Source: Selaginella moellendorffii (lineage: Eukaryota; Plantae; Lycopodiophyta). From it: a stretch of DNA of 64,000 bases. Every line of letters starts with the position of its first letter. Position 1 is the first letter of the stretch. The notes beneath the pieces are model-generated. The model was not told where the DNA came from, searched no databases, and saw only the letters and a list, made by a program, of their open reading frames with translations. Positions 23,023-34,456 of the stretch are shown piece by piece. The translations under genes and the position numbers were made by a program. The stretch is from contig NW_003314429.1 in NCBI RefSeq assembly GCF_000143415.4, forward strand, positions 62,001 through 126,000, in the 5' to 3' direction.

Positions 23023-24114
23023 TCATGTCAAAGCTGGCGACGCTCGGGGAGCGATGGCGCTGGAGCGGATGAATTGGAGCACCTCGGGCATGAACACGTA
23101 GCTCACGGTTCCATCGGGCGTGACGAATCCATGCGTCGCGTCCGGATACTCTACGAGCTTCACCTCCACGCCGCTCTCGCGCAAGAAATCCGCGTAGGCG
23201 ACCTGGCGGTCGTGGAGCAAGTCTCGCCCGCCCACGATCACCAGCGCCGGCGGGAGATTGCATGGCAGCGGCTGCGCGGCCGCGAGAGGATCGCAGAAGG
23301 GATGGTCGCGCGACGCGCCATCCGGGAGCGCAAGGCTCCACAGCTGGTCGCTCATGGCGAGCGTGAGGATGGGGCCGTCGGAGAGGCGGAGCTCCGAGGC
23401 GGTCCTGTGCGCGCCACCAAAGAATGGCTGGAGGAGGATCTGGGCGGCGAAGCTGAGAGGAGGGAGGAGCGCGCGCTTGCTCTTGGACGACTCGAGCACC
23501 ATGAGGAGCGCGTTGTGGACAATGTTGCCGCCAGAGCTTCCGCCCATGAAGATCAAGCTGGAGAAGTCGGCATACGAGGCTAGCCAGGGATCCCTTTGAG
23601 GAAGATGGTGGTCGCCACCATCGCGCAAGCTCGTGATCTGGTGGTGGTGATCATGACTATCACCATTGCCATCCACAGTAGCGCTGGCAGCATCGCCACC
23701 ATCGCCATCGCTGGTGGAGAGAAGAGCTTGGGCTCGGAGCCAGTGGAGCGCCGAGACGAGGTCTTGGTAGGCGGCGGGGAGGCACGAGGCCGGCGCCAAT
23801 CTGTGGTTGAGCGAGACAACAAGAGCAGTGGCATCAGTGGCTACCTTCTTGCAGAAATCGTGGTACGAGGACGTGGCGGCGCTGAATCGGACGAATCCTC
23901 CGCCGTGGACATGGACCACAATGGGGAGCTTGCGCTTGGAATTGATCTGGAGCGCCGCCGCGGGGAGATAGAGCCTGACCCACACACGACCATCGCCACC
24001 GCCGAGCTTGACATCCCGCGACGCCACACCATCCGCGAAGCTGGAATCCGCGGCAACCTCGGGGATTTCCCAGCTCTGCGCGGACGCTGGCGGCCCTGTG
24101 GAATCGCCCATCAT
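23023..24114 (-). CDS. Carboxylesterase (CXE / GID1-like, hormone-sensitive-lipase family alpha/beta hydrolase)
   Basis: HGGGF oxyanion motif, nucleophile motif GGSSGGN (GxSxG), GGRDLLHD (Asp) and ATHGF (His); intronless. Confidence 0.9.
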   Translation of the reverse strand: MMGDSTGPPASAQSWEIPEVAADSSFADGVASRDVKLGGGDGRVWVRLYLPAAALQINSKRKLPIVVHVHGGGFVRFSAATSSYHDFCKKVATDATALVVSLNHRLAPASCLPAAYQDLVSALHWLRAQALLSTSDGDGGDAASATVDGNGDSHDHHHQITSLRDGGDHHLPQRDPWLASYADFSSLIFMGGSSGGNIVHNALLMVLESSKSKRALLPPLSFAAQILLQPFFGGAHRTASELRLSDGPILTLAMSDQLWSLALPDGASRDHPFCDPLAAAQPLPCNLPPALVIVGGRDLLHDRQVAYADFLRESGVEVKLVEYPDATHGFVTPDGTVSYVFMPEVLQFIRSSAIAPRASPALT

Positions 24115-24135
24115 GCTCTAGCTCTCTCGCGCTCC

Positions 24136-24138
<3 letters not shown>

Positions 24139-24168
<30 letters not shown>
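24139..24168. repeat. (GA)n microsatellite just upstream of the CXE start
   Basis: Direct read. Confidence 0.9.
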
Positions 24169-24171
<3 letters not shown>

Positions 24172-25098
24172 CGGCGCGGTGAAAGAATCAAAGAAATAAC
24201 TCGTAGAAAACGCGGAGCAAATCCTGCGCTCCTCCAATCCAATCCTGCGCAGCGCTTCTTCCTTCTCCAGGTTTTGTAGCTCTCGCTCCTCTCCGCTCTA
24301 GCTACGCGGCCCAAGAGCTTGATTAGCCACATTCTTCTTTTTCCATTGTTTAAGCTTTGCCATGGACCCTCTCTTGACAATGCTTCACCAACAATCACGA
24401 AAGTGAAAGGCGCGCATAAATATTCCTCTAATCGCTCTCTCCTCGCTGCAGATCTCCCTTGCGGGGTGGATCTAGAGGATGATCTATGCGTAAGTTATTT
24501 GCACCACACGAGAGGGTGATTGATTGATTATCAAATCGCGATTTGATAAACCCCGCGGTATAGCTGTTCCTCATATGCGAATTATATCCATGCGAGCGTG
24601 GTCTCGCCTTGGCGATCTCGCTGTCCACGAGCATCCGGATGCTCCACCCCTCGCAAGCAATTCGCTCTCGATCGAGTGTAACTCTCTCGCTTTTCCCGCT
24701 TAGCAGACAATGTAAACAATCGATCGATCGCTCTCGTGCTCTTTGGTTGCTCGAGAATGCTGACAAGAGTTCGCTCTGTGGCATAGATTATCTAAGCAAA
24801 GTCTGCGAGTGTGGCGAAGGAGATCTCCCAGCGACACTTGCTAAAAAAAAAAAAATCTTGTGCAAAGCACTCGCGGCCAAGGGTGGGAGTGATGCGTCCA
24901 TTGCGAATGATTGGCATATGAGTTATCGCGGGTGTATGATGAGATAATCACAAACCACACTCAAACAAACCAAACAACCTCAACCTTATAGAATCGCAAA
25001 CATTATTCCTGGTGGGAATCCTGGCAAAGACTTTGAAATTTCTGCCACCACCCGCCCTACCTAGTCTATGATCCGAGCGAGCGAACGCGGCAAAACAA

Positions 25099-25275
25099 AG
25101 AGAGAGAGAGAGAGAGAGGAAGAGAAAAAAAAAAGCAAGAAAGAGAGAGCGGAAGATTCCTTTTTCTCTCAACAAAAGCCGAGAGAGAGAGAGAGAGAAG
25201 AAGAGAAAAAAAAGCAAGAAAGAGAGAGCGAGAGAGCGGAAGATTCTTTTTTCTCTCAACAAAAGCCGAGAGATT
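25099..25275. repeat. Tandem duplication (2 x ~85-90 nt) containing GA and A runs
   Basis: (GA)n-gaagagaaaaaaaagcaagaaagagagagc..ggaagattc(c/t)tttttctctcaacaaaagccgagaga occurs twice. Confidence 0.85.
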
Positions 25276-26401
25276 CCTTTATTTCAACCAAAGCTACCTA
25301 TATTATTCGATATTCGCTTTCTTTCTTCACGGGTGTGACCACTCAACTCCTTGATTCATAGGCAAGGTGATAGAAACTTTAGTTTTTCCTCCAGCGAAAC
25401 AACGTGGTGGCTGATGCTCTGACTTGATCCAAAACATATAATCGATCGTGCCACCAGATTTACGAGGAAGCATACATCCTCCATAGCCGCAAGCCAAGAC
25501 AAGCGACCAAGCGAGCCAAGACGCAAGCTAGCAATCAAGCAAAGCAGCACAGACACATGATCTCATTCATCGCATCATCGTGCTCAGCGCTTGGGTGATC
25601 TCATCCTGCAGCGCAAGATTTGGGATTGTCGCAGATTCCTTTGGTTGAATCCACAACTTGGTCCTGTCGATCATGTCCTGGATTCGTTAATTCACGCTCT
25701 CATACAGCCCAGTCACAGCTCACTTTCTTCCTTCCCAGAGTGGAAGCAAAGCAAATCACACCGAGGGAGAGACGAAGAAAAGCGCCGAGACAAAATCCAA
25801 ACCACAAGACGTATGCTTCCGTGTGGCAGAGCCGTAGCTCCACCATGAAGCCAAAAAAAAAAAAAAAGGAAAAATAGTCGAAGAAAAGAGTACGAGAAAG
25901 AAAAGGAAGAAATATACCTACGTGCTACGTACAAACAAATGCATGAGACGCGACAAAGCATGAATGGGAGAGAGAGAGGCCGAGGAAAAAAAAAAAAAAA
26001 ACTGATAGAAGAGATGGAAAAACTATTCTTTGTTTCTAGGAGGCATCTGAAAAGGGAGTAATACCTCTGTGTCCACTGAAGCGATGTCCTTGCTTTTCTC
26101 GCCGCGGCCTTGCTTCAATTCAAGCCTTGGGTCTGAGTCTTGCTTCTCTCTCGCTCTCTCGTACTGCTCGTCTCGTCTGGAGAGATTCCAGTTGTTTAGT
26201 ATTCCAAAATCAAGCACTTAAGTACCTCCTTCTCTTTCTCCTGGAGTCCGAGCCATTTACTCGGAAGGCTTGGAGGGGTCGCTCTTTGATAGCCTTCCGT
26301 AGCACGGGATGTAAGTTGTAATTTAGACTGGGATGGTTCCTGCCTGGCAAGCTTGTATAGTTTCAAACCAAAAAGAAAAGGAGAAAGTTGCTTACGAAGG
26401 T

Positions 26402-28490
26402 TTACGTCTGATCTTTCCAGATGATGTCTTTGAGTCCCGTTGTGAACGACTGGTGGAACTGCGCAGCGACAGCATATTGTTAATGTTGATGGCGAGGAAG
26501 AGAAATAAAGAAGAGTCAAACAGTTGCCTTGTGATACTCGAGTGTATCGCCACCAGATTTCCGTAGCTCCACCACGTAAAAAGACGGTGCAACTTCGAAG
26601 ACCTGAGAGCAGAGCTTTTGTACGAGAGAATGAGAACCAAAACGCTTTACCTCCGTGCACACCGAAAGATGGCCTTTCCTACCTCGCTTTGACCCTTGCA
26701 GCGTCATCTGAAGGAAAGTGCTTGTCCAACTCATGCAATCCTTTTTAGAACTATACCTTGTAGTTCCTCTTCTGGATATGGAACCCCAGCGGTCTCGCAG
26801 TTTCTTCTATTGTTCTCACAATCTCTTTCGCAGGATGTTTCGATGTGAACCGTGACTCGCGTTCCACCTCCTACAACAAGTTACGCGATCGTGAGCATCT
26901 CTATAGAGAGGAAAGATAAATGCTTGAGGATACTTACACGATGCTCGAAAAGGCCTGACAAGTTGAATCCTCGCGACATCGATATGATCTCAAAAGCATT
27001 CATGGTGACTGGTTGTGGCTCCTCTTTCTCCGCCACAAGATGATCCTGCAAGAAAATTTCAGTTCTCTTTCATGTCAATTTGCCAGACACGCCGTCCTAC
27101 CTCAGAGCCATTAAACACCGCATCAATGTCGTCAAGGTTGGGACTTTGTTCCTTTCCAAGTGTCATTGGTTTGTGTTCGACTTGAAACCACTCATTGTCC
27201 ATTATCCTGGAGATGGATATGCGCTGACGCACAAATTCGGAAAAGGGCGAGAGAGAGACCAGCACAAGCAAATATTACTACATCAATGATGCCAATTTAA
27301 TTCTTACTGATTTCGGATTTGGATCCAGTATCTTTTGTACAAGCTTTCGGGAGCCCCTTGAAAACCAATGCGGAAATGTAAAATCTGCGCGATGCATCTA
27401 ATTCGCATTTAATTCATGTCAGCTGAACAGGAAAAACAACCAAACAGATGTTTTCATACCTTCTTGTACAGTGCCACCAGATTAGGCTCGTCAAATGGCA
27501 AGTATCCAGCCAAGAGGACGTATAAAACAATTCCGCAAGACCAGATATCGGCTTTGAAACCGTCGTAGCCTTTGTCACTGATGACCTGTAGAACGATAAG
27601 TTCACACAAGCTAAAACAACAAGCAACGCAGTTACCTCGGGAGCTACGTAGTTTGGCGTTCCACACGTTGTATGAAGAAGGCCATCCGACTGTAAAATCA
27701 TTCACTAATTTAATGAGCGAGTTCTCTTATGGTGAACTTAACTCGGCACTGTTGAGGAAGGGCACTTAGACCGAAGTCTGAGATTTTCAAGTTTCCATCT
27801 GAATCCAATAGCAAGTTCTCTGGCTGCCAAAACAAACGCTTCTAAGTCGAGAGCTCTACAAATATCAGTTCGTTTCTTTCGAGAATCACCTTTAAGTCAC
27901 GGTGGCAGACACCCCTGCTGTGACAATAATCCACAGCATCGATCAGTTGCTGGAAATATATTCGGGCTTTACGTTCATCTTGCTTTCCCTCTCGCGCCTG
28001 GACGAAAAAGAAATAAAAAGAAATCTATGTCATTCTTTAATGAAAAACTGTCAGATGCCTTACGATCTTGTCAAACATTTCTCCACCTGTGACATATTCC
28101 ATAACCATATAAATCTTGGTCTTGCTGCCTATAACCTGTAAAGGAAAGTCTCACCACCAAAAAAGAAGAGCTTTGGGAAATGGTTGAAATATAAGCTTAC
28201 TTACCTCAAACAGCTGAATGACGTTGGGATGTCTCACCAGCTTCATTGTAGAAATTTCGCGTTTGATCTGTAAAGTTCGTCAAGATGACCAGCAATGAAA
28301 GCGAGCTCGACCATTTCTGCTTTACCTGATCGACCATCTTGTGCTTCAAAATCTTCTCCTTGTCCAAGATCTTAATCGCGACGCTCTCGTTCGTCTCCAA
28401 GTTCCTGGCGTACTTGACCTTGGCAAAAGTACCTTCTCCAAGTGTCCGTCCCAGCTCATACTTCCCAACGCGAGTTCTCCGGTAGCTCAT
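26402..28490 (-). CDS. CIPK: CBL-interacting protein kinase (SnRK3), intron-rich clade
   Basis: [51 protein letters not shown] motif [38 protein letters not shown], and last exon [18 protein letters not shown]. Confidence 0.95.
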
Positions 28491-28874
28491 TCCTTCCCCC
28501 TCTGGATGGAATTCCTAATCCTCAAGAGCGACACAACGCATTTGATCCCAGTCACAGGCTCGAGGAGATCGCCGAGGGAAACAAGATCCAGGCCGGAAGA
28601 TCAAGCGTGCCGAGTGGAAATGCAGCTGCGAACAAGCCAAGAGAAAGTGATGGGTGGATCCATGCAATGCGCGCGGGCTGGCGAGCGAGACATTGATTAC
28701 CTGCCGTGCCCACCGAGAAACCCTAAGTCGCGAGTCGCAAGAAGCCGCGCACTGTTCCATCGGCGAGGAAGAAGAGAAGGAGCCGCCTCGTTGGAACAGG
28801 GGGGCGGGCCGTACACGTCACGACGCGGCGGCGTACGGACGTGGTCCAGAAAGACAGGAACTAATTAGGGCAAC

Positions 28875-29940
28875 GGTGGCGCCACCAAAAGAGCATTGGG
28901 GGCGTGGTTTTCGCTCGCCGCGATTCGAGACAATCTTTGGATGTGCCACCAACCTTGTGTGCATTATACACATAAAAATCATACAATTGTTGTAAATGTG
29001 GGTGCTGGTTTTCCAACAAAAGATTTGATAGAGAGCATCGAATCATATCGCACCGCCAAAACACTTTGTCCGTCCATTGTCTCCTCTAGAGCGCTTATTC
29101 GCGGGCTAGAGTCGTGGTAAAAACCGCGGTGAAAAAAACCGGGCGCGGTAAAACAGCGGCGACAATTTGGTGGCGCCAACTTCCTAGAAAGCTTGCAAAT
29201 CCACCTAGGGCCTGTGGCGACGCCAAATTTAAGAAAGATTTACCAAAATTACCACACCACCCGTGCGTTTTTCACCTTTGACCACGGACCAGGGCATATT
29301 CCCCGCCCGGGAATCCTTGGCTTCGCTGGAGGGGAGATCCGGAATCGTTTAGTTTTCTTGTTTCGTGGGTGCCGGCTGGCGCAAACGGGAGGAGTGAGGA
29401 ACACTTGACAAACACAATGTCAAATCCAGATTGAATACCAATTTGGCGAATATCCCCCCAATCTCCATATTTGTAAAGTAGAGAAGCGAGAGATTTGTTT
29501 GGCGCCGGGATCATGATCATATGCCAAGATCTCTGCGCAAATCTTTCCAACAGTGCCAAGGTCATGCTCATGCGCAACAATTGGAGCGAGTCGAGAAGAG
29601 ACACTCCGCAGCCGTGATTTTTGTATGGATTCTTCGTGACGAAAGTGGGGTCAAATGGGTTTTGTATTGTTATGCTTGGGCCACATTGACCAGCTCTCTA
29701 ATTTCCGCCACGCACAACCATATCCCAAATCTTTGAAAAAACAAAAGCGAAAAGGCAAAATCTTTGCGCAACAAAAGGTGGCGGACCAAACTAGACATCT
29801 AAATTTTTCTAAGCTTCTCGTTTCCGATCATACAGCTTAGGTACCTGCCTAGTGTTTGAAGCCAGGCGAAAATCAATCAATGTAACTCCCGGCTTTTCAC
29901 TTTTGACCGCGCGGTAAGAAACCGTGTTTTTACCCAGTCG
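28875..29940. mobile_element. Possible remnant(s) of non-autonomous DNA element(s)
   Basis: 13-nt perfect inverted pair at 28877-28889 / 29166-29178 and an imperfect inverted pair at about 29116-29154 / 29901-29934. No transposase motif or target-site duplication identified. Confidence 0.25.
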
Positions 29941-30462
29941 TGGTGGACGAGATTCGCCAGGATCTCGCCGGAGGTTGTTTGCCGGCGCCGGGACCTCAGC
30001 AAATCCGCCAAAGATTTTATAGCGCCCAGCAAATAATTTAAAAACCATGGAAATTTCAGCGAATCATATCTCCATCCTGGGGGCTCGTCAATCTGACAGA
30101 GCCAAACCGACGACCGACGGCTGCGGTCACGACACGTGTCAGAGGAGCGTTTACCGGACAGAATACGTCAGTCTAATCAGTCAGTGTGATGGCTTTGCTT
30201 TGGCATTCATTCGTTTGTTTGTTCATTCTTTCTTCTCTTTTCTCTCGCGTCGCATCGACAGCTCCTCATCTACGGCGTCAAGGATTCCATCGATCGATCG
30301 ATCCATCCGCCAGGTCGTCAATCGCGCGGCGCTCGCGGCAGTCGCGGCGCGGCTCGATCGGCGGCACGGAAAGAGGTATGTGGATTTGGGCGAAATCGCG
30401 GAGATTTTCTGGCATGGGAAGCGGCAGCAAGGGCGGGATCGAAGCGGAAGAAGCTGCCTGTG

Positions 30463-33022
30463 ATGCGTGACGCAATGCTCGCGCGGAGCATTGGAGCTCT
30501 CCTCTCCATCGCCGATGATGTCCTGTCGAGCCTGGTGGATTATCGGAGCAGCAATCGTCTAGGATTGGAATTGGAGCAGGGAGGAGGAGGAGCGATCCAT
30601 AATCTGGCCAGGGCGGGTGTAATGCAGGAGGGATCGCCGAGTCCGGCCGTGGAGACAGGGAAGCTCTTCAAGGAGGTATCCAGGGCATTTAGCGGTAGCA
30701 ACCAAAAGGATGAATTCCTGGTCGCGTCCACCACTAGCACGACGAGCAGCTCCTCGTCGCCTCATGCATTGCTCGCGTCCAGCGCGCAGCAGCTCAAGCA
30801 CAGATTCAAGACGTCACACAAGAGATCTCGCCTCGAGGAGCTCCTCATCGAGTCCACGCACTCGGAGAAATTGGGATCGTCTCACACGGCGCTCCCAGGG
30901 TCAGGGACAGGGACAGGGCTGGACAAGCTAGTCGTGACTTTGGCACTGCTTTTATCCTCGGCCATCTTGCTCGTGTGGTACTTGACGCCGGCCGCGGTAC
31001 TGGTTTGGGCCGTCCCGGCAGCGATGGTGTCACTGGCGATTTGGACGAGATTTGTTCGCTGCGATCCGCCGAGTTCCAGGGAGATTTGCGTGCAAGGGCA
31101 GTGTTCCGGGTGTAGAGTAGTGAGCCAGGACAAGCAAGAGGAGGAGGAGCAGCAGCTGGCCCAGCGAGCTCATCGTGCCAAGCAACAATTCATGGCTTAT
31201 GTGTTCCATAACATAAGAGGTGAGTTCGTTGCTAGGCTAGAAGTTTCTTTTTCTTTCGCTCTTCCGTATAGATGGTGCGAGAACTATTTCGTGATTTTCT
31301 GACGTACCTTTGGCTTCTCCGTGCAGTCCCTTTCAATGCGATCGTCCTGGGATTGGGTCACATGCGTGCTTCAGCGTCCGGGGATGACTCCAGTTCCGGG
31401 GAGCTAGACTTGGTGCAACTAATGCTAGACTGCGCCGAGACAATGACAAACGTGCTTGATGATGTTACTGATATGGGTAAGGTGTCCATGTCTCGACTCG
31501 AGTCTCGACTTTTACTTATGATTGTTCTCGACATAACTAACGAATGATCGGTCATCCACAGGAAACTGGGAGGAGGGGCGCATTGAGCTTCACCGAGATG
31601 TGTTCGACTTACTGGCGGTGGTGAAGTTCCTGGCGTGGGGTTTGAAAGATTTGCTCGAGCAGAAACAAATATCTCTCAACATTGATATCGATCCGGTCGC
31701 CAGCAAGATTTTGAAGTCCCACAACATTGTCGGTGACAAGCACCGGACTGTACAGACGCTAGGTAATCAAACTCCTCCACGTCTGACTCTCACTCACGCT
31801 CTGCGCAAGCAGGCAATTTTCTCAGTAATGCCGTCAAGTTCACGCCTACCGGGGGAAAGCTCGACCTGGAGATCAAGTGTCAAGAGCTCGACGGGGTCCC
31901 GGTCTCAAACTCCAAAGGCTTTGAGACCGACGAGTTAGAGCACAAGTCCCTGGAGCTCTTTATTGCCGTCAATGACTCTGGCGCAGGTAACGTTTCTTTC
32001 TTCGCGATCGCGATGCTTTGTTTTGTTCTGACTTGAAAGTCTGGTGCTCGGACAGGAATTTCCTTAGATGACCAAGACAGACTCTTCGAAGCGGACTCTT
32101 TCATATCGTCTCCTTGGGTCCAGAAAGCTGGTGTTTCCGGCCTGGGCTTAAGTGTTGCGAAACGCTTCATCGAACAGATTGGTGGTCAGATCGGGGTACG
32201 CTCGCGGGACCAAGGAAGTACGTTCTTCTTCTCCGCTCCATTTCTGCTGGTTCCGATACAAAAGCGCACGAACTCGTCAGTCCCGGCCTCTGGGATCTTC
32301 TATAACATGAGGTCTACAGACTCCGTAAGCAAAGAGAAGCGAAAGTTGGAACGCCTCAGTGACCTTGACGCCCAACTCAAGTGTTCGCCGGGTGCTGTGC
32401 TGCCACAAGACGCCTCTCCGTGCAGGAGAAAGGTGCTGCTAGTGGAAGACACGCGGATAAACAGAGTAAGTCTCGTCTTTGGCTATATCGGTGCGCATTT
32501 TACTTACCATCATCTTGGCTGTACGTACAGATTATCTTGCGGAAGGTTCTTCAGAACCTCAATCTCCAATGCGACGAGGCAGAGAACGGCCAGATTGCTG
32601 TCGACCTGCACAGGCAGGGCAAGTCCTACGATCTGGTGTTGATGGACAAGGAAATGCCTGTCATGGACGGACACGAGGTAAGAGTTCTTAGAACTGAGTT
32701 TTCCTTTCTCTCCAAAGTATGCTAACGTAAGTTCCTGGCAGGCAACTAGAGCTCTGAGGATGATGGGTGTGAAGACTCCAATCGTGGCCTTAACTGGCAA
32801 TGCTTTGCAGTCGGACAAGGAGCTCTTTTTCGAAGCCGGGGTGAATGAGTTTCAAACAAAGGTATGGAAGGAAACGTAAATGCTCGTGGACAGACAGGAG
32901 TGCTGATGCTCTCGCTTTTGCCGTGGCAGCCTTTGTCTAGAGACAAACTTATCCAGCTCCTGGCAAGATACGGAGTTGAGAGCTCATCGCCACCGGTGGC
33001 TTTGCAACTTTGTCGCGAGTAA
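30463..33022 (+). CDS. Hybrid histidine kinase (TM region, HisKA, HATPase, receiver), multi-exon
   Basis: Spliced H-box QQFMAYVFHNIRVPFNAIVLGL; N-box GDKHRTVQTLGNFLSNAVKFTP; G1 VNDSGAGIS; G2 GVSGLGLSVAKRFIE; receiver VLLVEDTRINR...DLVLMDKEMPVMDG...PIVALTGNA...KP. TAA at 33020-33022. Start codon uncertain. Confidence 0.9.
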
Positions 33023-33309
33023 GCTGCCCAGCGACGAGCGATCAAGGAGCGACAACATACAGAGTTTTCAAGGGATTGTCTTTTTGGCGGGACAGGCAAG
33101 CCCGGTTGGGAAATTTGTATAGACTCACTCTATTATGTACAGCTTTTTAGTGGAGCATAGGAATCAAAGAGAGGGACGAGAGAAAAGAAAGATAGAAAGA
33201 GAGAAGAAGAAAAAAACCATGGAAGCTCCATTCAGCTGAAACAAATGGAAAGAAGGAACTTAGAATTTTTCAGTGCGCTATGTCTGGAAAGGAAGATCTT
33301 GGAGCTGTT

Positions 33310-34340
33310 TCAATACATCCCGGCTCTGAGATGGCGGTCAAGTCTCTCGGCATTGAAAGTTCCCGGAATCTCGTGAAAATCATCGTTGAAGATTGAGTAG
33401 GCACTGCACGGCACGTATCCTTGTGATCTGGAATGGAATGGAAGAAGTCTTCGTACCTGATGTCGCCCTCTTGCCGCTTTCCCAGATTCCAAACGATGAG
33501 ACAAAAGATCGTTGCGATTATCTGCGACAGTGGTGTTAGTAGTAAAGAACACACAAAACAGCACTGTTTCTTACGTAGAGATGGCCCAAGTCCCACGAAA
33601 TGGCGTAGCCAGCGACGATGAGCCAGAGCAGGACCATCATCCATCTTCTGAAACCAAAAGAGAAGATGATCATCAGCACGAAGTCTGCTCAGAGAAAAAA
33701 TCACACCAGTGTCCATGCTCACGCTTGATGTATGATAAAAAAGGACAAGCTACCTGGAAACTTGAGCTTGTGCTTCAAGAACTGTACGAGTCTTCTCTCG
33801 AGCGGGGATGCGGTCGCGGGAAGCTTGAATCTCTGGACACACACAAAACACACTTAAAACCAACAAGAAGATTGCTCAAAGGAAAAAAAACAAGAAAAAC
33901 TCTCGTACCAAGTCATCATCCTCGTCTTCGTTTTTGCTCTGCGAGTGCACCGAAGGCGCCTTGGGTGGAAGAAGCACCAGCAACGAGTCTAAAAGGAAGA
34001 AGAAGAAGAAAAAAACGATGAATTCCACTCAAGAAAGAAACAAGAGTTAAAAAATGTCCATAGTCTCACCTCCAGCTCGAATGTCGACAGTGGAGTAATC
34101 ATCAGCAGCACCGAGAGCCTTGCCTCTAAACACGAGCTTCAGTCGATTCACTTGAGAATCCTCCACTAGGCCAAGCTCCTGGCTCACCAATCTCCGCAAC
34201 ACACCGATCTAGTAGAAATCCCGCTCATCAATCGGATCGATTGGATCAATCGATCGGCCACTCACCTCGCATAGCGGCTCCACCTGGATCACCCGGCGCC
34301 GCCGCGCGAATCCAGCGACCTTGAGCTCCAGCGGCACCAT
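33310..34340 (-). CDS. Ubiquitin-like domain plus SAYSvFN domain membrane protein (SAYSD1-like)
   Basis: Exons give MVPLELKVAG..., LKLVFRGKAL, RFKLP, hydrophobic WMMVLLWLIVAGYAISWDLGHLYIIATIFCLIVWNLGKRQEGDI, and SAYSIFNDDFHEIPGTFNAERLDRHLRAGMY*. Confidence 0.88.
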
Positions 34341-34456
34341 CCCCGGCGAGAAACCCTAGAGGTAGCGCTTTCGAAATTTCCCGTTTAACGGGGGGGCTTT
34401 GTTCTTGGCTCTATTTCATTGCTCCAGCCAAAATGGGAAGAGCTACTGCGTGAGCG

